The translations under genes and the position numbers were made by a program. The notes under the pieces were generated by a model, which saw only the letters and a program-made list of their open reading frames with translations, did not search any database and was not told where the DNA came from. A stretch of DNA of 64,000 nt from Candidatus Omnitrophota bacterium (lineage in GTDB: Bacteria > Omnitrophota > Gorgyraeia > Gygaellales > Gygaellaceae). Below, in pieces: positions 62,699-64,000 of this stretch (its first letter is position 1; each line of letters opens with the position of its first letter). The stretch spans positions 5,022-69,021 of the forward strand of contig JAGYNB010000003.1 of assembly GCA_018400015.1 (NCBI GenBank). Direction: 5' to 3'.

Positions 62699-63143
62699 TA
62701 TTTTTTATTAAAGCGACTTCGTTGCAGTCGGGAAACTTAGGACAGCGGATGCATTCTGCCCAGATCTTATGCGGAAGTTTTTCTTTTGGAATACGCCTAA
62801 AACCAAACTTCTTAAAGAACTCCGGAACATAAGTTAAAACAAAAACCTGTTTTATCCCTAGCTGCTTAGCTTCCTTTAAACACTGTTTTATAAGCTTTGT
62901 TCCTATGTCTTTCTTCTGGTGTTTTTGGCTAACAGCAACTGATTTTATTTCTGCCAAGCCATCCCAAAGCATATGCAAAGCAGCACAACCATAAAGCTTA
63001 CCTTTTTGTTTCCACACCCAAAAATCCCTTAAATTCTCATAAAGCTCATTTAAGGACCTATGGAGCATTAAATCTTGTGTTGCAAAATACTTTATCAATT
63101 CCTGAACCTGCTTAACTTCGTTTAATCTTGCTTTTTTTATCAT
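62688..63143 (-). CDS. GNAT N-acetyltransferase (short ArgA-like N-acetylglutamate synthase)
   Basis: MLHRSLNELYENLRDF, AEIKSVAV, VFVLTY, LPHKIWAECIRCPKFPDCNE. Confidence 0.75.
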   Translation of the reverse strand: MIKKARLNEVKQVQELIKYFATQDLMLHRSLNELYENLRDFWVWKQKGKLYGCAALHMLWDGLAEIKSVAVSQKHQKKDIGTKLIKQCLKEAKQLGIKQVFVLTYVPEFFKKFGFRRIPKEKLPHKIWAECIRCPKFPDCNEVALIKNIAR

Positions 63144-63144
63144 T

Positions 63145-64000
63145 TTAAACTTTAGTTCCTTTGGCTACAACAACAATTCCTGTTTCTGTAACAAAAAATC
63201 TTCTTTTGTCTTCCTGCGGATCGTAACCTATAACCGTATTCTCAGGAATATTTACATCTTTATCAATTATCGCTTTCTTTATTTTTGAATGCCGGCCAAC
63301 ATTTACCCCTTCCAGTAAAATAGAATCTTCTACATTAGAAAAACTATTAATTCTCACATTATAAGAAAGAATTGACCTCTGCACCCTGCCTCCTGAAACA
63401 ATACAGCCGCTGGCAACAAGCGAATCTAACACAAGGCCCGTCCTGTCTTTATGGTCATCTCCGGCAAATACGGTTTTAGCTGGAGGAAACGGTTCCTGAT
63501 GCGTCCTTATCGGCCAGGTTTTATCATACAGGTTGAACACAGGATCAACTCTTACCAAATCCATATTTGCATCATAATAAGCATCCAATGTTCCGATATC
63601 CAGCCAATAATTAGGCTTATTATTGTTTTTATCCTTAAAATCAAACAAAGTGACTTTTCTTTTCTTTTTCAACATCTGATTGATGATATTTTTTCCAAAA
63701 TCATGTTCTGTTTTTTTATTGGAGTCTTCATTCAGCTCTTCCCTTAACACTTTGGGATTAAAGACATATATGCCCATAGACGCAAAAACACTTTCCGGAT
63801 CGTTTGGAATTGTATGAGAATCTATTTCTTTTTCGGAAAAACCAATCACATTATTATCTTTATCGACTTCGATCACTCCGAGCTGAACGCTTTCTTTTTT
63901 GGGAAACCTCACCGCAGCAACAGTAAGATCAGCTCCTGAGTTTCTGTGCGCATCAACCAGATCGTTATAATCCATTTTATAAATATGGTCGCCTGCTAGA
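63145..64000 (-). CDS. glgC: glucose-1-phosphate adenylyltransferase, C-terminal part; starts outside the window
   Basis: Frame is open to the window edge (LAGDHIYKMDY); FSEK, ASMGIYVF, HDFGK, YWLDIGT. Confidence 0.95.
   Translation of the reverse strand, partial: LAGDHIYKMDYNDLVDAHRNSGADLTVAAVRFPKKESVQLGVIEVDKDNNVIGFSEKEIDSHTIPNDPESVFASMGIYVFNPKVLREELNEDSNKKTEHDFGKNIINQMLKKKRKVTLFDFKDKNNNKPNYWLDIGTLDAYYDANMDLVRVDPVFNLYDKTWPIRTHQEPFPPAKTVFAGDDHKDRTGLVLDSLVASGCIVSGGRVQRSILSYNVRINSFSNVEDSILLEGVNVGRHSKIKKAIIDKDVNIPENTVIGYDPQEDKRRFFVTETGIVVVAKGTKV

Noticed and set aside
173-63747. Many short ORFs in the track that overlap larger genes, mostly on the + strand (e.g. 16922-17641, 29457-29951, 49440-49973)
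   Set aside because: They lie antisense to or within well-supported genes and have no recognisable motifs. I treat them as shadow ORFs.
1-64000. CRISPR arrays, rRNA, IS elements or an alternative genetic code
   Set aside because: No repeat-spacer pattern, rRNA-like tract or transposase was seen. Conserved genes end at expected positions with TAA, TAG and TGA, and tRNA-Trp has the normal CCA anticodon.

Overview
Dense, low-GC bacterial core-genome window, almost entirely on the minus strand. Gene content and style suggest the PVC superphylum, probably Omnitrophota, but this is inference. A near-consensus sigma70 promoter at about 35.0 kb heads a same-strand run of about 35 kb: tRNA-Thr, rpmG, tRNA-Trp, secE, nusG, L11/L1/L10/L12, rpoBC, and the str, S10, spc and alpha clusters, then aspartate aminotransferase, a LeuC-like large subunit, pilT, a LeuD-like small subunit, icd and mdh. 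The right half carries a pilin-like gene (+), rsmA, pdxA, surA, mfd, secDF, yajC, rpsP, trpE, his genes, alaS, recX, degP, recA, a GAF-GGDEF gene (+), smc, an Xis/BldC-like HTH gene, bcd-etfBA, an ArgA-like GNAT and glgC (partial). I saw no CRISPR array, rRNA or mobile element. The novelty lies inside housekeeping proteins. (1) bL17 has a long charged linker ending in a MinD-like amphipathic helix, a possible ribosome-membrane tether. (2) SMC has an apex of about 60 aa in place of the canonical hinge and sits behind a leaderless Xis-like regulator. (3) Mfd is a 629-aa minimal form lacking the autoinhibitory domains. (4) HisB has lost two His ligands of one Mn site. (5) pilT is inserted between the two subunits of a probable heterodimeric aconitase.
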